This document shows positions 49,606-61,331 of a DNA stretch of 64,000 nucleotides, piece after piece (position 1 is the stretch's first letter; every line of letters begins with the position of its first letter). The stretch comes from Desulfomonilales bacterium. Its GTDB lineage: Bacteria; Desulfobacterota; Desulfomonilia; Desulfomonilales; Desulfomonilaceae. Below the pieces are notes generated by a model. The model worked only from the letters and a program-made list of their open reading frames with translations. It was not told the DNA's origin and did not search any database. A program made the position numbers and the translations under genes. The stretch covers positions 21,087 to 85,086 of the forward strand of contig JBBSBY010000002.1 of the NCBI GenBank assembly GCA_038250835.1, written 5' to 3'.

Positions 49606-51123
49606 CTACCTTCCAGTCAAAGCCAAACTGAGGATATTGAGAAGCGGTGTCGGCAATATCCCAATAGAAATTACAAGGAACATAAGCGCCGCAAGAGCAA
49701 TTCCAGTGGATAAAGAGGAATCCGAAGTTATTGATTCATTCCCATGATCGTTTGAATACATCGAGATCATTATACGGAGATAATAGAATAGGCCTATGAC
49801 ACTGTTTATTATTAATACAGTAACCAAAAGCCACAAGGATGAGCCGACACCGGCTGTAACCAGATAAAATTTAGCCAAAAATCCCGCCGTTACGGGTATG
49901 CCCGCCAACGACAATAGCATAATTGAAAATACCGCCGCAAGCCAGGGTCTACGCCAGGCCAATCCCCTGTAGTCACTGATCTCGTCCGCGTCTCTATCGG
50001 ATTTGGACAAAGCCGTGATAACTCCGAATGCTCCCAACGTAGCTGCGAAATATGCGATGAAGTAAAATGTTACCGCAATGGATTCTTTTGCCAGTAATCC
50101 GATCACCACATATCCCATGTGAGAAATGGATGAATAAGCAAGCACGCGTTTGACGTTGGTTTGGAAAAGCGCCGCAATGTTCCCGAAAAACATCGAAGCT
50201 ATAGCCATTAAACTAAGAAGGAACACCATCCTGGGGTCGGCGACCGTCTCCGTGGACGTGAGTAATCGAAATAACACCGCAAACACAGCCGCTTTACTAA
50301 CAGTGGCTATGAACCCGGTGATGGGCGCGGGGGCGCCTTCATAGACATCGGGTGTCCACATCTGAAACGGAAACAGGGATAGCTTGAAACCAATTCCCAC
50401 GAAAATCAAAGCCATACCGGCTAGCGCCATGGTAGTCCATTGTGCTGTCGCAATCATGGTGGAGAATTGCATGGATCCGGTTTCGCCGTAAATGAGCGCA
50501 ATTCCAAAGAGCAAAAACGCATCCGAAGCCGCCGCCAAAATCAAGTATTTAAAAGCCGCTTCCAGACTTTTCTCATTTGAGCGTGTGTATGCAATAAGTC
50601 CATAAAGCGCAATGTTGATCAATTCCAAGCCGAGGAAAAAGCTTACCAAATGATTACTAACCACAACAATGCCGCCGCCCAGAACCGCCAGGAGCAATAG
50701 CGCATAATATTCCTCAGCGGGTTCATTCTTTATCTTCAAATATCCGTAAGAAAGCAGTAGGACCGACAACCCTGCGGTTAATATTAGACCCAGGAAAATA
50801 AGACCATAAAAATCAATAACAAGTAACGGAGTCACCTGACGCGGTATCTCATCAAGCATCAGGAATATGGACAAAAACGCAGCGACAAGTGCGACTATGG
50901 CCATAATGTAAATCTGAAAATGGATTTTGAAATTCTCGAACAGCTTATCCACTTCAGACAACATATGAGGATTTACTCTACCGGGTGGCCGGAGCGCACT
51001 GCCGCGTAAAGCCTTTGTCAGTAACCTATGACGTAGAAATCCAATAGTAAGCAGAAGAAGCGTCGCGGCTGCGGCTAAAATTACAAAAGGCAGCAAGTTG
51101 AATATATCGTGAAATGTTATCAA
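49606..51123 (-). CDS. nuoN: NADH-quinone oxidoreductase subunit N
   Basis: 505 aa antiporter-like subunit and the last gene of the nuo operon. It has conserved FKLSLFPFQMWTPDVYEGAP. Confidence 0.93.
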   Translation of the reverse strand: MITFHDIFNLLPFVILAAAATLLLLTIGFLRHRLLTKALRGSALRPPGRVNPHMLSEVDKLFENFKIHFQIYIMAIVALVAAFLSIFLMLDEIPRQVTPLLVIDFYGLIFLGLILTAGLSVLLLSYGYLKIKNEPAEEYYALLLLAVLGGGIVVVSNHLVSFFLGLELINIALYGLIAYTRSNEKSLEAAFKYLILAAASDAFLLFGIALIYGETGSMQFSTMIATAQWTTMALAGMALIFVGIGFKLSLFPFQMWTPDVYEGAPAPITGFIATVSKAAVFAVLFRLLTSTETVADPRMVFLLSLMAIASMFFGNIAALFQTNVKRVLAYSSISHMGYVVIGLLAKESIAVTFYFIAYFAATLGAFGVITALSKSDRDADEISDYRGLAWRRPWLAAVFSIMLLSLAGIPVTAGFLAKFYLVTAGVGSSLWLLVTVLIINSVIGLFYYLRIMISMYSNDHGNESITSDSSLSTGIALAALMFLVISIGILPTPLLNILSLALTGR

Positions 51124-51127
51124 AATT

Positions 51128-52642
51128 TCACCTAATTAGCTTATTTAAAACAAACCTCGTTTCTAAAGTATTTTCGTGATGCGCCGCCGCCATATTGGAC
51201 TGCGTGTTCTTCATTACAGCGGCGGTTTTATTCAAAATAGGTTGCGGGTGCACGCCAATCCAAATGATTACAACCGCGGAAATGAAAACTATGCTTAACT
51301 CTCTTAATGACAGATCCGGCAGAGTCTCTTTGCTCGAAGGGCCGAAAAATACCTTGTACATCATCCATAAACAATAAACTGCTGAAAACACCAGCCCCGC
51401 AGCCGCAAAAGCGGTAGTTTTTACGCTCACAGGATAAACGCCGGCAAGGATTAAAAATTCTCCTGCAAAATTGGCCGTTCCGGGGAGCCCAAGGGAAGCT
51501 AGAGCAAATAACATGGCAAATCCCGCAAGTACTGGAGCTTTGCCCCAAAATCCTCCCATCTGTCCCATGTCTCTGGTGTGGATCCGTTCCTGAATCATTC
51601 CCACTAAAACAAACAAAGCGCCCGTACTGACACCGTGAGCCACCATCTGCAGGACCGTCCCTTGCAAAGCTAATTCGTTAAAGGCAAATATCCCGATCAG
51701 CACAAATCCCAAATGGCTGACACTGGAGTAAGCGACCAATCTCTTCAAATCTGTTTGGGCGAACGCCATTGCAGCTCCGTAGATTATGCCCAAAACTCCG
51801 AACAGCATCGCCACAGGCGCAAGATCAATAGAAGCGCCGGGAAACAGAGGCAGCACGAATCGAATAATTCCGTACGCGCCTGTTTTCAAGAGCAACCCTG
51901 CCAAAATTACACTACCGGCAGTGGGCGCCTCAGTATGGGCGTCCGGTAACCATGTGTGCAGTAGAAAAATTGGCAACTTAACCGCAAAAGCCCCAAGGAA
52001 ACCCAGCGCCAATAGCAATGAAATTCTTGGCGTGAGGGGCGTCCCCAACAGTTTGAAATAATCAAAAGTGAACAATCCTGTGGATTGATAATGTATGAAA
52101 GCTAAACCGACCATGGCGAAGAGCATAAAAAGGCTGCCGATTTGAGTGAACAAGAAGAATTTCACCGCGGCGTATAATCGATTTTCATGTCCCCATATTG
52201 CGATTAAGAAATACATGGGGACAAGCATGATTTCCCAAAAAAAGTAAAAGAGTATTAAATCCAGGGCCATAAACACGCCGATTATGCCTGCAACGACCGT
52301 TAGTAAGTTAAAGTGAAAAAAACCTACTCGATCTTGTATCTCCGTCCATGACACAGCTACTGAAATAATCCCCAAGAAAACAGAGAGTGCAATCAGCACG
52401 AGGCCTAAGCCGTCTAAGGCCAAATGGAAGCTTATTCCAAACTGCGGTATCCACGCGAAGTTGACACTGCGGAGCCACACATCATTGGAGTTACCTGCGC
52501 CAAACCAAAGGATCGCAACCAGCAAGGTGTCTATGGCCAATCCTACCAGCGAAATCCACCGAGCGAAACTAGCCTTTTTGCCGAATGCCCAGGCGAGCAA
52601 TCCGGCCAAAAATGGAACTACGATTAACAATATTAGAATCAT
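51128..52642 (-). CDS. nuoM: NADH-quinone oxidoreductase subunit M
   Basis: 504 aa antiporter-like subunit with AVKLPIFLLHTWLPDAHTEAPTAGSV. Confidence 0.95.
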   Translation of the reverse strand: MILILLIVVPFLAGLLAWAFGKKASFARWISLVGLAIDTLLVAILWFGAGNSNDVWLRSVNFAWIPQFGISFHLALDGLGLVLIALSVFLGIISVAVSWTEIQDRVGFFHFNLLTVVAGIIGVFMALDLILFYFFWEIMLVPMYFLIAIWGHENRLYAAVKFFLFTQIGSLFMLFAMVGLAFIHYQSTGLFTFDYFKLLGTPLTPRISLLLALGFLGAFAVKLPIFLLHTWLPDAHTEAPTAGSVILAGLLLKTGAYGIIRFVLPLFPGASIDLAPVAMLFGVLGIIYGAAMAFAQTDLKRLVAYSSVSHLGFVLIGIFAFNELALQGTVLQMVAHGVSTGALFVLVGMIQERIHTRDMGQMGGFWGKAPVLAGFAMLFALASLGLPGTANFAGEFLILAGVYPVSVKTTAFAAAGLVFSAVYCLWMMYKVFFGPSSKETLPDLSLRELSIVFISAVVIIWIGVHPQPILNKTAAVMKNTQSNMAAAHHENTLETRFVLNKLIR

Positions 52643-54528
52643 GAAAACACCAATGCCGCTACCGTTAAAAGAGCGCCAAAGATTAGTCCCATGGCATAGT
52701 TACGAATATTTCCGGTCTGAATTTCTCCGAAAAGGTAATTGGCCTTCCTCATCACATAGGCAATCCCCTGATAAAAGTAATCGATGACATCATTCTTGCC
52801 GGCTCGCGCCAAATGCGTAAACGGATCTACTATGAAAGTGTAATAAACGAAATCAAACCCCCAGCCATGGAAGAAGAAGTTGTTCAGGGCCGAGCCCGGC
52901 GATGTTTTCAGTAGATTTACGGCTAATTGCGGATCTTTGATGTATGCTTTGTACGCGATATATAACCCGATTAGAGAGGCGGCGCTCGCTATGATGATTA
53001 ATACCGCTTCAGTAGTATGACCACTGAGTATTCTGGATACGGGCAAAGCCGTGTGGGTAAATTCCGTAAATAACTGCGTCTGTCCGAGTACCTCGGGCAT
53101 TTGAATAAATCCCGAAAATATTGAGAAAAAAGCCAAAATTACCAATGGAATTGAAATTGCCGGCCCAGGCTTATAGTCAGTCACAATTTTGGCTTCGCCA
53201 AAGAAAACCAAAAATACCATTCGGTAAGCATACAAGCCCGTAAGTACGGCCCCAATGATCCCACCTGCCCAGAGCAAAACATTGCCTTTGGGAGAAGCCC
53301 ACGCGTGCCACAGTATTAAATCTTTACTATAGAAACCATTTGTGATGAAAGGCAATGCGGCGAGCGCTGAAGCGCCAATAAGAAAAACCCAAAAGACAAG
53401 AGGTATTTGTTTCCGTAGGCCGCCCATCTTGAGCATGTCTTGTTCATGATGGACGCTATTTATTATTGCGCCGGCGGCCAAAAACAATAAAGCCTTGAAA
53501 AACGCGTGATTCGCAAAGTGGAATAGGGCGCCTGACCATGCGTCGACCCCAAGAGCCAAAAACATGTAACCGATCTGGCTAATTGTAGAATATGCCAACG
53601 CCCGTTTGAGATCGGTCTGGACAATGGCGCTGAAACCGGCCAACAACAATGTGAACATGCCGATATAAGCGACAAAGGATTGCGCAATAGGGGCGAGAAT
53701 GTACAATCCGTTCATGCGGGCAATCAAATACACGCCGGCGGTGACCATTGTCGCCGCATGAATGAGAGCGCTGACGGGTGTCGGACCCGCCATTGCATCC
53801 GGTAACCATACCTGCAGAGGGAGTTGCGCTGACTTGCCTACTGCGCCGACAAGCAGCAGCAACGCGGCTGCCGTTGCCACGAAGGAACCCATTGCCCAAA
53901 CCTGCGGGGCATTCAGCAGGATTTCTTGAATATTTAAAGTCCCAAGATGGAAAAATAAAAGGAATAAACCCACAGCGAAAGCGGCGTCTCCAACGCGGGT
54001 GACAAGAAACGCCTTAATAGCCGCTTTGTCGTTTTCCGGATCGGTGTACCAAAAGCCGATTAATAGATAACTGCTCAGTCCCACGCCTTCCCAACCTAAA
54101 TACAGAAAAAGCAGATTGTCGGCCAACACCAGAATCAACATTGAACTCATGAAAAGATTCATGTAAGCGAAGAATCGAGCGTACCCGTCATCGTCTCCCA
54201 TGTATTCAGTGGAGTAAACGTGAATTAAAAAACCGACAAAAGTAATCACCACGATCATTACAACGGCAAGAGCGTCTAAGTAAATTCCAAATTTCGGATT
54301 GAAACCCGCAACATTCATCCAGTCGGCAAATATAAAAGCTATTCTGTAATCATCGGGAGGAGAAGTTATAAATGAGTAAGCTATCGCGGCAGTGACCAGC
54401 GCTGATAATCCGACCGAACCCGCTCCGATATAAGATATAGCCGGCTTGGACAAACGCGATCCAAGAACCGTTAAGAAGAGGAAACCAAATAACGGTAAAG
54501 CGGGTACAAGCCAGATTAATTTGAACAT
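52639..54528 (-). CDS. nuoL: NADH-quinone oxidoreductase subunit L
   Basis: 629 aa with GKSAQLPLQVWLPDAMAGPTPVSALIHAATMV, plus a C-terminal extension that includes the lateral helix region. Confidence 0.95.
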   Translation of the reverse strand: MFKLIWLVPALPLFGFLFLTVLGSRLSKPAISYIGAGSVGLSALVTAAIAYSFITSPPDDYRIAFIFADWMNVAGFNPKFGIYLDALAVVMIVVITFVGFLIHVYSTEYMGDDDGYARFFAYMNLFMSSMLILVLADNLLFLYLGWEGVGLSSYLLIGFWYTDPENDKAAIKAFLVTRVGDAAFAVGLFLLFFHLGTLNIQEILLNAPQVWAMGSFVATAAALLLLVGAVGKSAQLPLQVWLPDAMAGPTPVSALIHAATMVTAGVYLIARMNGLYILAPIAQSFVAYIGMFTLLLAGFSAIVQTDLKRALAYSTISQIGYMFLALGVDAWSGALFHFANHAFFKALLFLAAGAIINSVHHEQDMLKMGGLRKQIPLVFWVFLIGASALAALPFITNGFYSKDLILWHAWASPKGNVLLWAGGIIGAVLTGLYAYRMVFLVFFGEAKIVTDYKPGPAISIPLVILAFFSIFSGFIQMPEVLGQTQLFTEFTHTALPVSRILSGHTTEAVLIIIASAASLIGLYIAYKAYIKDPQLAVNLLKTSPGSALNNFFFHGWGFDFVYYTFIVDPFTHLARAGKNDVIDYFYQGIAYVMRKANYLFGEIQTGNIRNYAMGLIFGALLTVAALVFS

Positions 54529-54529
54529 A

Positions 54530-54838
54530 TCAGCCTCTCATGCGGCTGGGGATATCGGAATCCAAACTTCTAAACGTGTTGTATAGCTGTAGCACCAGAG
54601 CCAATCCCACCGCCAATTCCGCCGCGGCCATCGTCAGAATGAAAATAAACATCACCTGACCGTCAGCCTTTCCCCAACGCGAACCGGCGACGATAAAAGC
54701 TAAAGCCGCCGAATTGAGCATGATTTCTATAGACATCAGCATGAAAATAATATTTTTTCGAACGAGTAGGCCTACTGCGCCTATCCCGAACAGTATTCCT
54801 GCGACAATGAGGCCGTATTCAAAGGGCGGCGCCGGCAT
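54530..54838 (-). CDS. nuoK: NADH-quinone oxidoreductase subunit K
   Basis: 102 aa with three TM helices. It is closely colinear with my recollection of E. coli NuoK (…[22 protein letters not shown]…[15 protein letters not shown]). Confidence 0.93.
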   Translation of the reverse strand: MPAPPFEYGLIVAGILFGIGAVGLLVRKNIIFMLMSIEIMLNSAALAFIVAGSRWGKADGQVMFIFILTMAAAELAVGLALVLQLYNTFRSLDSDIPSRMRG

Positions 54839-55347
54839 TATTGTTCATCTCCTTGGTTCGAGTTTCGGCGACAGAGGTGATACGCCCCCACGAGTCCGCC
54901 CAGCAGCAAGATGGAAGCAAGTTCAACTCCGAGTAAATATGGGCCGAAAAGAGCGGCGCTCACCGCTTTCGGCCCAATTTCAAGGCCTGCCCCGGGATTA
55001 TTCGGCGACATTAGCAGAGCTATTAATAATTGAATCAGCAGTATGCCGATCATCACTCCCGGGAAGAACCATTCCTCACGTTTTATTCCGGAGCGTTCCT
55101 GTTCGCCGGCTTCACTGCCCGGGCTCAAGAGCATAATTATAAAAACAAATAAAACAATGATTGCGCCTGCGTAAATAATGATTTCCAACGCGGCCGCAAA
55201 CGGCGCCCCAAAGGAAAAAAACATCAGCGCTACTGCGAAAAATGAGACCACCAGATATAGTATGGCGTGCACCGGCTTGGTTCGTGTAATAACCATTACG
55301 GTGGATATGATCGCCACAATTGCTGATATGTAAAAAAGCCAGTTCAT
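54838..55347 (-). CDS. nuoJ: NADH-quinone oxidoreductase subunit J
   Basis: 169 aa with [13 protein letters not shown]...[22 protein letters not shown]. Confidence 0.93.
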   Translation of the reverse strand: MNWLFYISAIVAIISTVMVITRTKPVHAILYLVVSFFAVALMFFSFGAPFAAALEIIIYAGAIIVLFVFIIMLLSPGSEAGEQERSGIKREEWFFPGVMIGILLIQLLIALLMSPNNPGAGLEIGPKAVSAALFGPYLLGVELASILLLGGLVGAYHLCRRNSNQGDEQ

Positions 55348-55355
55348 CGCTTCCC

Positions 55356-55871
55356 CTAAGGAATCAAGCTGTGTATATCGACCGGTGGGAACTCATTTTC
55401 ATCTTGGCCCTTGTCCTTTCCGTCAATTGCCAGTCCGCACACATTGTAAAAATTATAATCGTGGTACTTCCCTGTTCCATCTATGAGAAGATGCTCTTTT
55501 TCGTAAACGAGTGCCTGCCTGTGGTACTCACCCATTTCAAAATCATTGGTCAACTGAATAGCTCGCGTGGGACAAGCGTCTTCGCAAAAACCACAAAATA
55601 TACATCTCGAAAAATTGATCCTAAAGAATTCCGGGTACCGCCGACCACCCGGATCTTCTGTGGCTTGTAATGCAATACAGTCCACCGGACACACTGCGGC
55701 GCACAAGTAACAGGCTACACACCTCTCGTTACCGTCCGGATCTCTTGACAGAATGATTCGGCCTCTCCATCTGGGTGGAATGTAAGGCTGTTCTTTCGGA
55801 TACTCAACAGTGACCGTTTTTGTAAACAGGTGTGCAAATATGCGCCCTAAGGTTTTTATATAGCCGAGCAT
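55356..55871 (-). CDS. nuoI: NADH-quinone oxidoreductase subunit I (2x[4Fe-4S])
   Basis: 171 aa with [12 protein letters not shown] and [12 protein letters not shown] motifs. Confidence 0.95.
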   Translation of the reverse strand: MLGYIKTLGRIFAHLFTKTVTVEYPKEQPYIPPRWRGRIILSRDPDGNERCVACYLCAAVCPVDCIALQATEDPGGRRYPEFFRINFSRCIFCGFCEDACPTRAIQLTNDFEMGEYHRQALVYEKEHLLIDGTGKYHDYNFYNVCGLAIDGKDKGQDENEFPPVDIHSLIP

Positions 55872-55874
55872 ACC

Positions 55875-56834
55875 TTAAAAGCCCCCAGCCAATATTATGC
55901 CGCCGGTTATTACGACATTCAGCAGCGCAATCGGCAACATCAGCTTCCATCCTAAGGCCATCAACTGATCGTATCTGGGCCTGGGAAAACTGGCCCGCAC
56001 CAGTATAAAAAAGCCTATAAATATGCCGGTTTTCAAAGCGAACCACACTACCGGCGGCAGCCATGGGCCGAGCCAACCACCAAAGAAAAGCACCGTAATC
56101 AGTGAAGAAATCAGTACCACTCCCATGTATTCGCCAACAAAAAACATCCCAAACTTCATGCCTGAATACTCAGTGTGAAAACCAGCTACAAGCTCGTTTT
56201 CCGCCTCCGGGAGATCGAACGGTATACGGCGAGCTTCAGCAAATCCCGCTATCAAAAAAAGTATGAATCCGGCGAATTGCGGAATAAAAAACCATATATT
56301 CTTTTGGGCTAAAACAATCTCTCTCAGATTGAAAGAACCCGCCAATATAACCACTCCCATCAAGGATAATCCCATAAAAACTTCGTAGCTGATCATCTGG
56401 GCGGCGGCTCTCAAAGACCCGATCAGTGAGTACTTACTGTTTGAGGCCCAACCCGCCAGCGTGATGCTGTAAACGCCCAATGAGGACATCCCGAGGACAA
56501 ACAGCAGCGCAATGTTTAAATCAACAACTTCAATGCTTGGCGTATATGGAATGACGGCAAACGAAAGAAGCACCGTCGCCATTATGATTGCAGGCGCTAG
56601 TATAAATACCGCTTTATCCGCAAACGGAGGAATCCAGTCTTCTTTAAAAAGAATTTTAATCATGTCGGCAAGGACCTGAAACACGCCGAAAGGTCCTACC
56701 CTGTTGGGTCCCAGTCTGTCCTGAAAAAAACCGAGCAATCTTCTCTCCACCCAGATCAGCCCAGCGGAGGTCAGGAGCATAACCAGAATAACTCCAACTA
56801 TGATCAGTAATTGCCGCATGATGGTTTCCATCAA
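55875..56834 (-). CDS. nuoH: NADH-quinone oxidoreductase subunit H
   Basis: 319 aa polytopic protein with [21 protein letters not shown] and [23 protein letters not shown]. Confidence 0.95.
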   Translation of the reverse strand: MMETIMRQLLIIVGVILVMLLTSAGLIWVERRLLGFFQDRLGPNRVGPFGVFQVLADMIKILFKEDWIPPFADKAVFILAPAIIMATVLLSFAVIPYTPSIEVVDLNIALLFVLGMSSLGVYSITLAGWASNSKYSLIGSLRAAAQMISYEVFMGLSLMGVVILAGSFNLREIVLAQKNIWFFIPQFAGFILFLIAGFAEARRIPFDLPEAENELVAGFHTEYSGMKFGMFFVGEYMGVVLISSLITVLFFGGWLGPWLPPVVWFALKTGIFIGFFILVRASFPRPRYDQLMALGWKLMLPIALLNVVITGGIILAGGF

Positions 56835-59560
56835 AAAAATGACTTCTCGATTTTGCCCCAGGAGGGCAAGTTTACATATTTCATACCAGGTAGTCCGACC
56901 GACAACAGGGCTGTTCCATCCGTCACGCCAAGTTCAATTTTCGTTTTCAGATTGTATTCGGAACCGTCGATTTTCAGAACTAAGGGACTATCATTTTCTA
57001 ATTCAAGAGATTCGGCGTCTTTCGCGCTTAATACCAAATACGGCTTCGGCGTTACTGAAAGAATGGGGGGCGATTTGGCGCTCAGTTCCTCAGATCCGAA
57101 CACCTCGTAAATCGGCATGATAAACCACGCGCCTTCTTTTGGTTCAAATGACTTTAGTTCTATTTCATAGCGCTGCATGCCGGCATTCAATTTGGGCTTT
57201 AGTAATCTGCGGCCGGGATCGCCTCCGATCAGTTTACCTCCAACTTCAGCCTGGAATTTATTTAATGATTGGACCGAATTCCACCGCGGCGCCCAATAGC
57301 GTGGGATCAACGAAGACGGAGGTTCACCGTGGTAGCCTTCCATGGAAAAGTTGAATGGGGCGTCCACATCTTCAGGCGGTTGTTGTTCATGGATGTTCAA
57401 ATTCGCGGCTATAGATGTCCTACCGCTGTAACGATGCGTTTGGCGAGCCACTTTCATTCCGGCTATGCGGTAGGCTGCCGGCGGCGCTATGTCTAAAATG
57501 GGTCTAAAGACCGGATACTCTTCTACGAGCGTGGCCAAGACGTCATCGAAATTGGTCCACTGAGTAAGAGAATCTCGTCCGGGGAATGAATTGGCGTCGT
57601 AGGTATTAAGAGCCTCCGCAATAGCCGCAAGTCTGCGCCAAGGTTCCACTGCTCCGGGAGATGGGGACATTACCTGGAAGAACCGCTGGGTTCGGGATTC
57701 GTAGTTCACCAGTGTTCCGTCGCAATCCGCGTATGTGCCGACCGGCAACACCAGATCGGCCTTATCCGTTGTCGCTGTCGGAGAATGGTCCAACACGACC
57801 ACTTTAGCCCCCGACAAGGCTTCTTCGGCCACATCCGTCGGAATCCGTCGAAAGATGTCGTTTTCAAGAATCAAGACATTTTGAGCCTCACCGGATCTTA
57901 ACAAATTCAAGGCGTCATCAAGGCCTCCCTTCCCCCCGAGAAGCCCAAGACCCAGAGAGTTGCATTCCGGCAACACGATCGCCAGTTTGGCGCCGGCGCC
58001 CTTACTTTTCAGGGTCAACGCCAGATTTACCGCGGCTTTAAGAATTTCTGCGCTACCTTGACTGATGCCTGTCACTATTACAGGTCTGGCTGCGTTTTCG
58101 AGATCCTTGGCCATTTTGGAAGCGAATTCGTGATGTTTTTTAATCTTCTCAGACTCACCGCCTCCATCAATTAGTTTCGCTGTTGTTGAGCCTAACGACG
58201 CAATCTCATCGGGAGTGCCCTTAAAGGCGGCAGTCGCAATACCGTCTAGTCTGGTGTTTCCTGCTGTGGCCAGGTAAAATGGACCCTGGTCGAATTCTCC
58301 GGCTTGCTTTACCGCCAGAGCGTTCCACCTGGGAACACCCAACTTATCCGTGTACTCATAGCGTTTCTGATGTATCGATTGTCGTAAAGCAAGAGCCATC
58401 ATGGGCGCAGTATTGGAAACATCTTCCCCGATTATGAGCGCAGCATCGGATTCGGACATTTCTCGGAGCGTAGCTATTTGAAGACCGCTGTTTTTGATAA
58501 TTTCAATTACCAGGGTTGTCAATTCGAATTCGGAACTTGATATTCCTGCATAGAAATTATCATTTCCAACCAGGCGCTTTAGGGCAAAATTCGACTCAAG
58601 CGAAGCTCTGGGAGATCCAATGCCGATTGTTTTACCGGTTGAGAGCAATACGGAAACCTGCGAATACGCAGCTTCCTCAGGTATCGGCGCGGCTTTCCCG
58701 TTATTTACCAGTAACGGCGAGCGTATTCGGTCCTCTCTATTAATGAATTCATAACCGTACCGGCCTCTATCGCATAAAAAGTAACCGTTTACGTGGTGAT
58801 TGTATCGATTTCTAATTCTTCGGAGTGTGCCGTACCGTTCACCTGGAATAATATCGCATCCGACCGAACAGTGGACGCAGACCGAAGGGGCAGTTTGTAG
58901 GTCCCATTTCCGAGTGTAATGACGGTACTGGGTTGTGTCCGTGAACACTCCGGTGGGACAGACCTCCACGAGGTTTCCTGAAAACTCACTTTCAAGTTTG
59001 CCGTCTTTGTCCCGCCCAAAGTAAATCCTGTTGTGAATACCGAAGACGTCGAAATCTCGCCCGCCCGCATAATCTTTGTAAAATCTTACACAGCGATAAC
59101 ACTGGATACATCGATTGAGTTCGTGGTTTATAAACGGGCCGAGGTTCTGGTTTCGATAGGTGCGCTTTTTAAATCGGAAGTGTCTTTCAACATGGCCCGT
59201 CATAACGGTCATGTCTTGAAGATGGCATTCGCCGCCTTCGTCACAGACCGGGCAATCATGGGGATGGTTTGTCATCAGAAGTTCAATTATGCCCCTGCGA
59301 AATTCTATGACTTCCGGATCATCAATTGAAATCCTCATTCCATCTTCGGTCCCCGTGACGCAAGACATTACAATAAAACCGTGTTTATCGTCTTTATCCT
59401 TAAATTGCTTCACAGCGCATTGTCTACACGCTCCGACGGAATGCATTGCCGGGTGCCAACAGAAATACGGGATATCAAAGCCGAGGGATAGACACACTTC
59501 AAGGAGGCTGCGTCCTTCTTGAACTTCATAGGGATCATTATTTATATAAATAACGGCCAC
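56831..59560 (-). CDS. nuoG: NADH-quinone oxidoreductase subunit G (long, E. coli-type, about 909 aa)
   Basis: The N-terminal 2Fe-2S and 4Fe-4S region is nearly colinear with E. coli NuoG as I recall it ([28 protein letters not shown]; [21 protein letters not shown]; [13 protein letters not shown]). I prefer the GTG at 59560, two nt after the nuoF stop and preceded by GGAGA. The track ORF starts at 59602 and overlaps nuoF by 41 nt. Confidence 0.95.
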   Translation of the reverse strand: MAVIYINNDPYEVQEGRSLLEVCLSLGFDIPYFCWHPAMHSVGACRQCAVKQFKDKDDKHGFIVMSCVTGTEDGMRISIDDPEVIEFRRGIIELLMTNHPHDCPVCDEGGECHLQDMTVMTGHVERHFRFKKRTYRNQNLGPFINHELNRCIQCYRCVRFYKDYAGGRDFDVFGIHNRIYFGRDKDGKLESEFSGNLVEVCPTGVFTDTTQYRHYTRKWDLQTAPSVCVHCSVGCDIIPGERYGTLRRIRNRYNHHVNGYFLCDRGRYGYEFINREDRIRSPLLVNNGKAAPIPEEAAYSQVSVLLSTGKTIGIGSPRASLESNFALKRLVGNDNFYAGISSSEFELTTLVIEIIKNSGLQIATLREMSESDAALIIGEDVSNTAPMMALALRQSIHQKRYEYTDKLGVPRWNALAVKQAGEFDQGPFYLATAGNTRLDGIATAAFKGTPDEIASLGSTTAKLIDGGGESEKIKKHHEFASKMAKDLENAARPVIVTGISQGSAEILKAAVNLALTLKSKGAGAKLAIVLPECNSLGLGLLGGKGGLDDALNLLRSGEAQNVLILENDIFRRIPTDVAEEALSGAKVVVLDHSPTATTDKADLVLPVGTYADCDGTLVNYESRTQRFFQVMSPSPGAVEPWRRLAAIAEALNTYDANSFPGRDSLTQWTNFDDVLATLVEEYPVFRPILDIAPPAAYRIAGMKVARQTHRYSGRTSIAANLNIHEQQPPEDVDAPFNFSMEGYHGEPPSSLIPRYWAPRWNSVQSLNKFQAEVGGKLIGGDPGRRLLKPKLNAGMQRYEIELKSFEPKEGAWFIMPIYEVFGSEELSAKSPPILSVTPKPYLVLSAKDAESLELENDSPLVLKIDGSEYNLKTKIELGVTDGTALLSVGLPGMKYVNLPSWGKIEKSFF

Positions 59561-59561
59561 A

Positions 59562-60836
59562 TCATCTCCACGGACATTTTTTCTCGCTGATATGACGTTC
59601 AAAGTCTTCTCTAAACAATTTGAGGGCGCTTTCCAGGGGTTCCATTGCTCCAGGCGCCAAAGCGCAAAACGTGTGATGAGGCGCCATCATCTTTGTAAGC
59701 GCTTTTAGTTGTTCCAAGTCTCCGGTGCGTCCTTCTCCATCCTCGAGAGCTTTTAATATCATCGTGGTCCACGGCAAGCCATCTCGACACGGTGTGCACC
59801 AGCCACAAGATTCATGCGTGAAAAAGTGTTCGAGATTGTGGACCATTCCCACGGGACAAGTTTTATCATCTAAAATGATCATCGTTCCTGTTCCGAACCT
59901 GCTGCCCGCGTTTTGAACGCTTTCGAAATCCATCTTTATATCGAGATGTTCGGAGGTAAGAAAATCCGTGGAGGCGCCGCCCGGCAGAAATCCCTTGAGC
60001 TCATGTCCATCCCACATTCCGCCGGCGTGTTCTTCGATAATCTCTCGGGCAGTAGTCCCAAGCGGTAATTCCCAGGCGCCGGGGCGTTTAACCTTGCCGC
60101 TGACACCATATATTTTGGTGCCAGGCTCGTCGCTTAAACTAAGGCTTTTGTACCAATCAACTCCATTTTTGATGATATGCGGCACATTGCAAAATGTTTC
60201 AGTATTATTTTCTACAGTGGGTCTCCCCCATAGGCCGGATTCTACTATTCTGGGAGATTTGGACCTGGGAATAGCCCTTTTACCTTCAAGCGCTTCAACC
60301 ATTGCCGTTCCTTCTCCACAAATATAGCGACCTGCGCTGACATGCACGTGCATATCGAGTCGGAAACCCGAATCCAGGATATTGTTCCCAAGTAGGTTAT
60401 TTCCGTATGCTTCACCTATTGCGAATCTTAAACATTTCTGAGCTTCGGTGTATTCCCATCTTATAAAAATGAAGGAGAATTCAGCCTGTATGGCGTAAGC
60501 GGCAATAATCATCCCTTCTATCATCTGGTGGGGATTAGCTTCCATCAGCCAGCGATCCTTAAACGCTCCGGGTTCCATTTCATCGGCATCGGCAATTACA
60601 TATCGCGGACTCTTGAGAAAATCTTTATCGGGAACTCCTTCCCACTTGATGCCCGCCGGAAAGCCGGCGCCGCCTCGGCCTTTCAATGTGGCGTCACGCA
60701 TTGTAGATAAGACTTCATCCGGCGTCATGGTTTTCAGCGCTTTAGTCAGAGCTTCGTACCCACCGATCTTCTTGTACTCTTTTATGGTCAAAGGCCGGCC
60801 GTCGGGTCGAAAACCTTTAGTTAAGGGCTTTTCCAT
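59562..60836 (-). CDS. nuoF: NADH-quinone oxidoreductase subunit F (FMN/NADH site)
   Basis: 424 aa with LKGRGGAGFPAGIKW, ADEMEPGAFKDR and ESCGWCTPCRDG. Confidence 0.96.
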   Translation of the reverse strand: MEKPLTKGFRPDGRPLTIKEYKKIGGYEALTKALKTMTPDEVLSTMRDATLKGRGGAGFPAGIKWEGVPDKDFLKSPRYVIADADEMEPGAFKDRWLMEANPHQMIEGMIIAAYAIQAEFSFIFIRWEYTEAQKCLRFAIGEAYGNNLLGNNILDSGFRLDMHVHVSAGRYICGEGTAMVEALEGKRAIPRSKSPRIVESGLWGRPTVENNTETFCNVPHIIKNGVDWYKSLSLSDEPGTKIYGVSGKVKRPGAWELPLGTTAREIIEEHAGGMWDGHELKGFLPGGASTDFLTSEHLDIKMDFESVQNAGSRFGTGTMIILDDKTCPVGMVHNLEHFFTHESCGWCTPCRDGLPWTTMILKALEDGEGRTGDLEQLKALTKMMAPHHTFCALAPGAMEPLESALKLFREDFERHISEKKCPWR

Positions 60837-61314
60837 TCTCAGGAGTCTCCTGACGATACGTCTTTACAATCTCGTCGAATTTTGCCGCGTCCAATTTGGT
60901 GTAGAGTTTTTCGTCGATCATCATAGCGGGCGCTTCGTCACAAGCTCCGAGACATTGAATGGGTACCAACGTAAACAAGCCGTCTTTGGTAGTCTCTCCC
61001 CATCCTATAGCCAGGGTCTGTTTAATGTGTTCAAGAAGCGCCTCGTACCCCAGAATCCAACAGGCTACGCTGTCGCAAACTTGAATTATGTGTTTGCCGA
61101 CAGGCTTGCGATATATGTGATTGTAAAAAGTGGCTACCGAATCCAGTTCAGCGGTAGTCATATTCAAAAACTCGGCTATATCTTTGATGGTTTCATCGGA
61201 AATCCAACCGACATACTTTTGAACGATTTGCATGGCTTCAATACAAGCGGATTGCGTAGTCTCGCTATTCGCCAGTTCAGCCATGAGATCGCGTTTCATA
61301 TTATCGGTCAACAT
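60817..61314 (-). CDS. nuoE: NADH-quinone oxidoreductase subunit E (2Fe-2S)
   Basis: 165 aa with Cys ligands in VCDSVACWILG and CLGACDEAPAMMI. Confidence 0.94.
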   Translation of the reverse strand: MLTDNMKRDLMAELANSETTQSACIEAMQIVQKYVGWISDETIKDIAEFLNMTTAELDSVATFYNHIYRKPVGKHIIQVCDSVACWILGYEALLEHIKQTLAIGWGETTKDGLFTLVPIQCLGACDEAPAMMIDEKLYTKLDAAKFDEIVKTYRQETPENGKALN

Positions 61315-61331
61315 AAAAACCTCACTGAATC

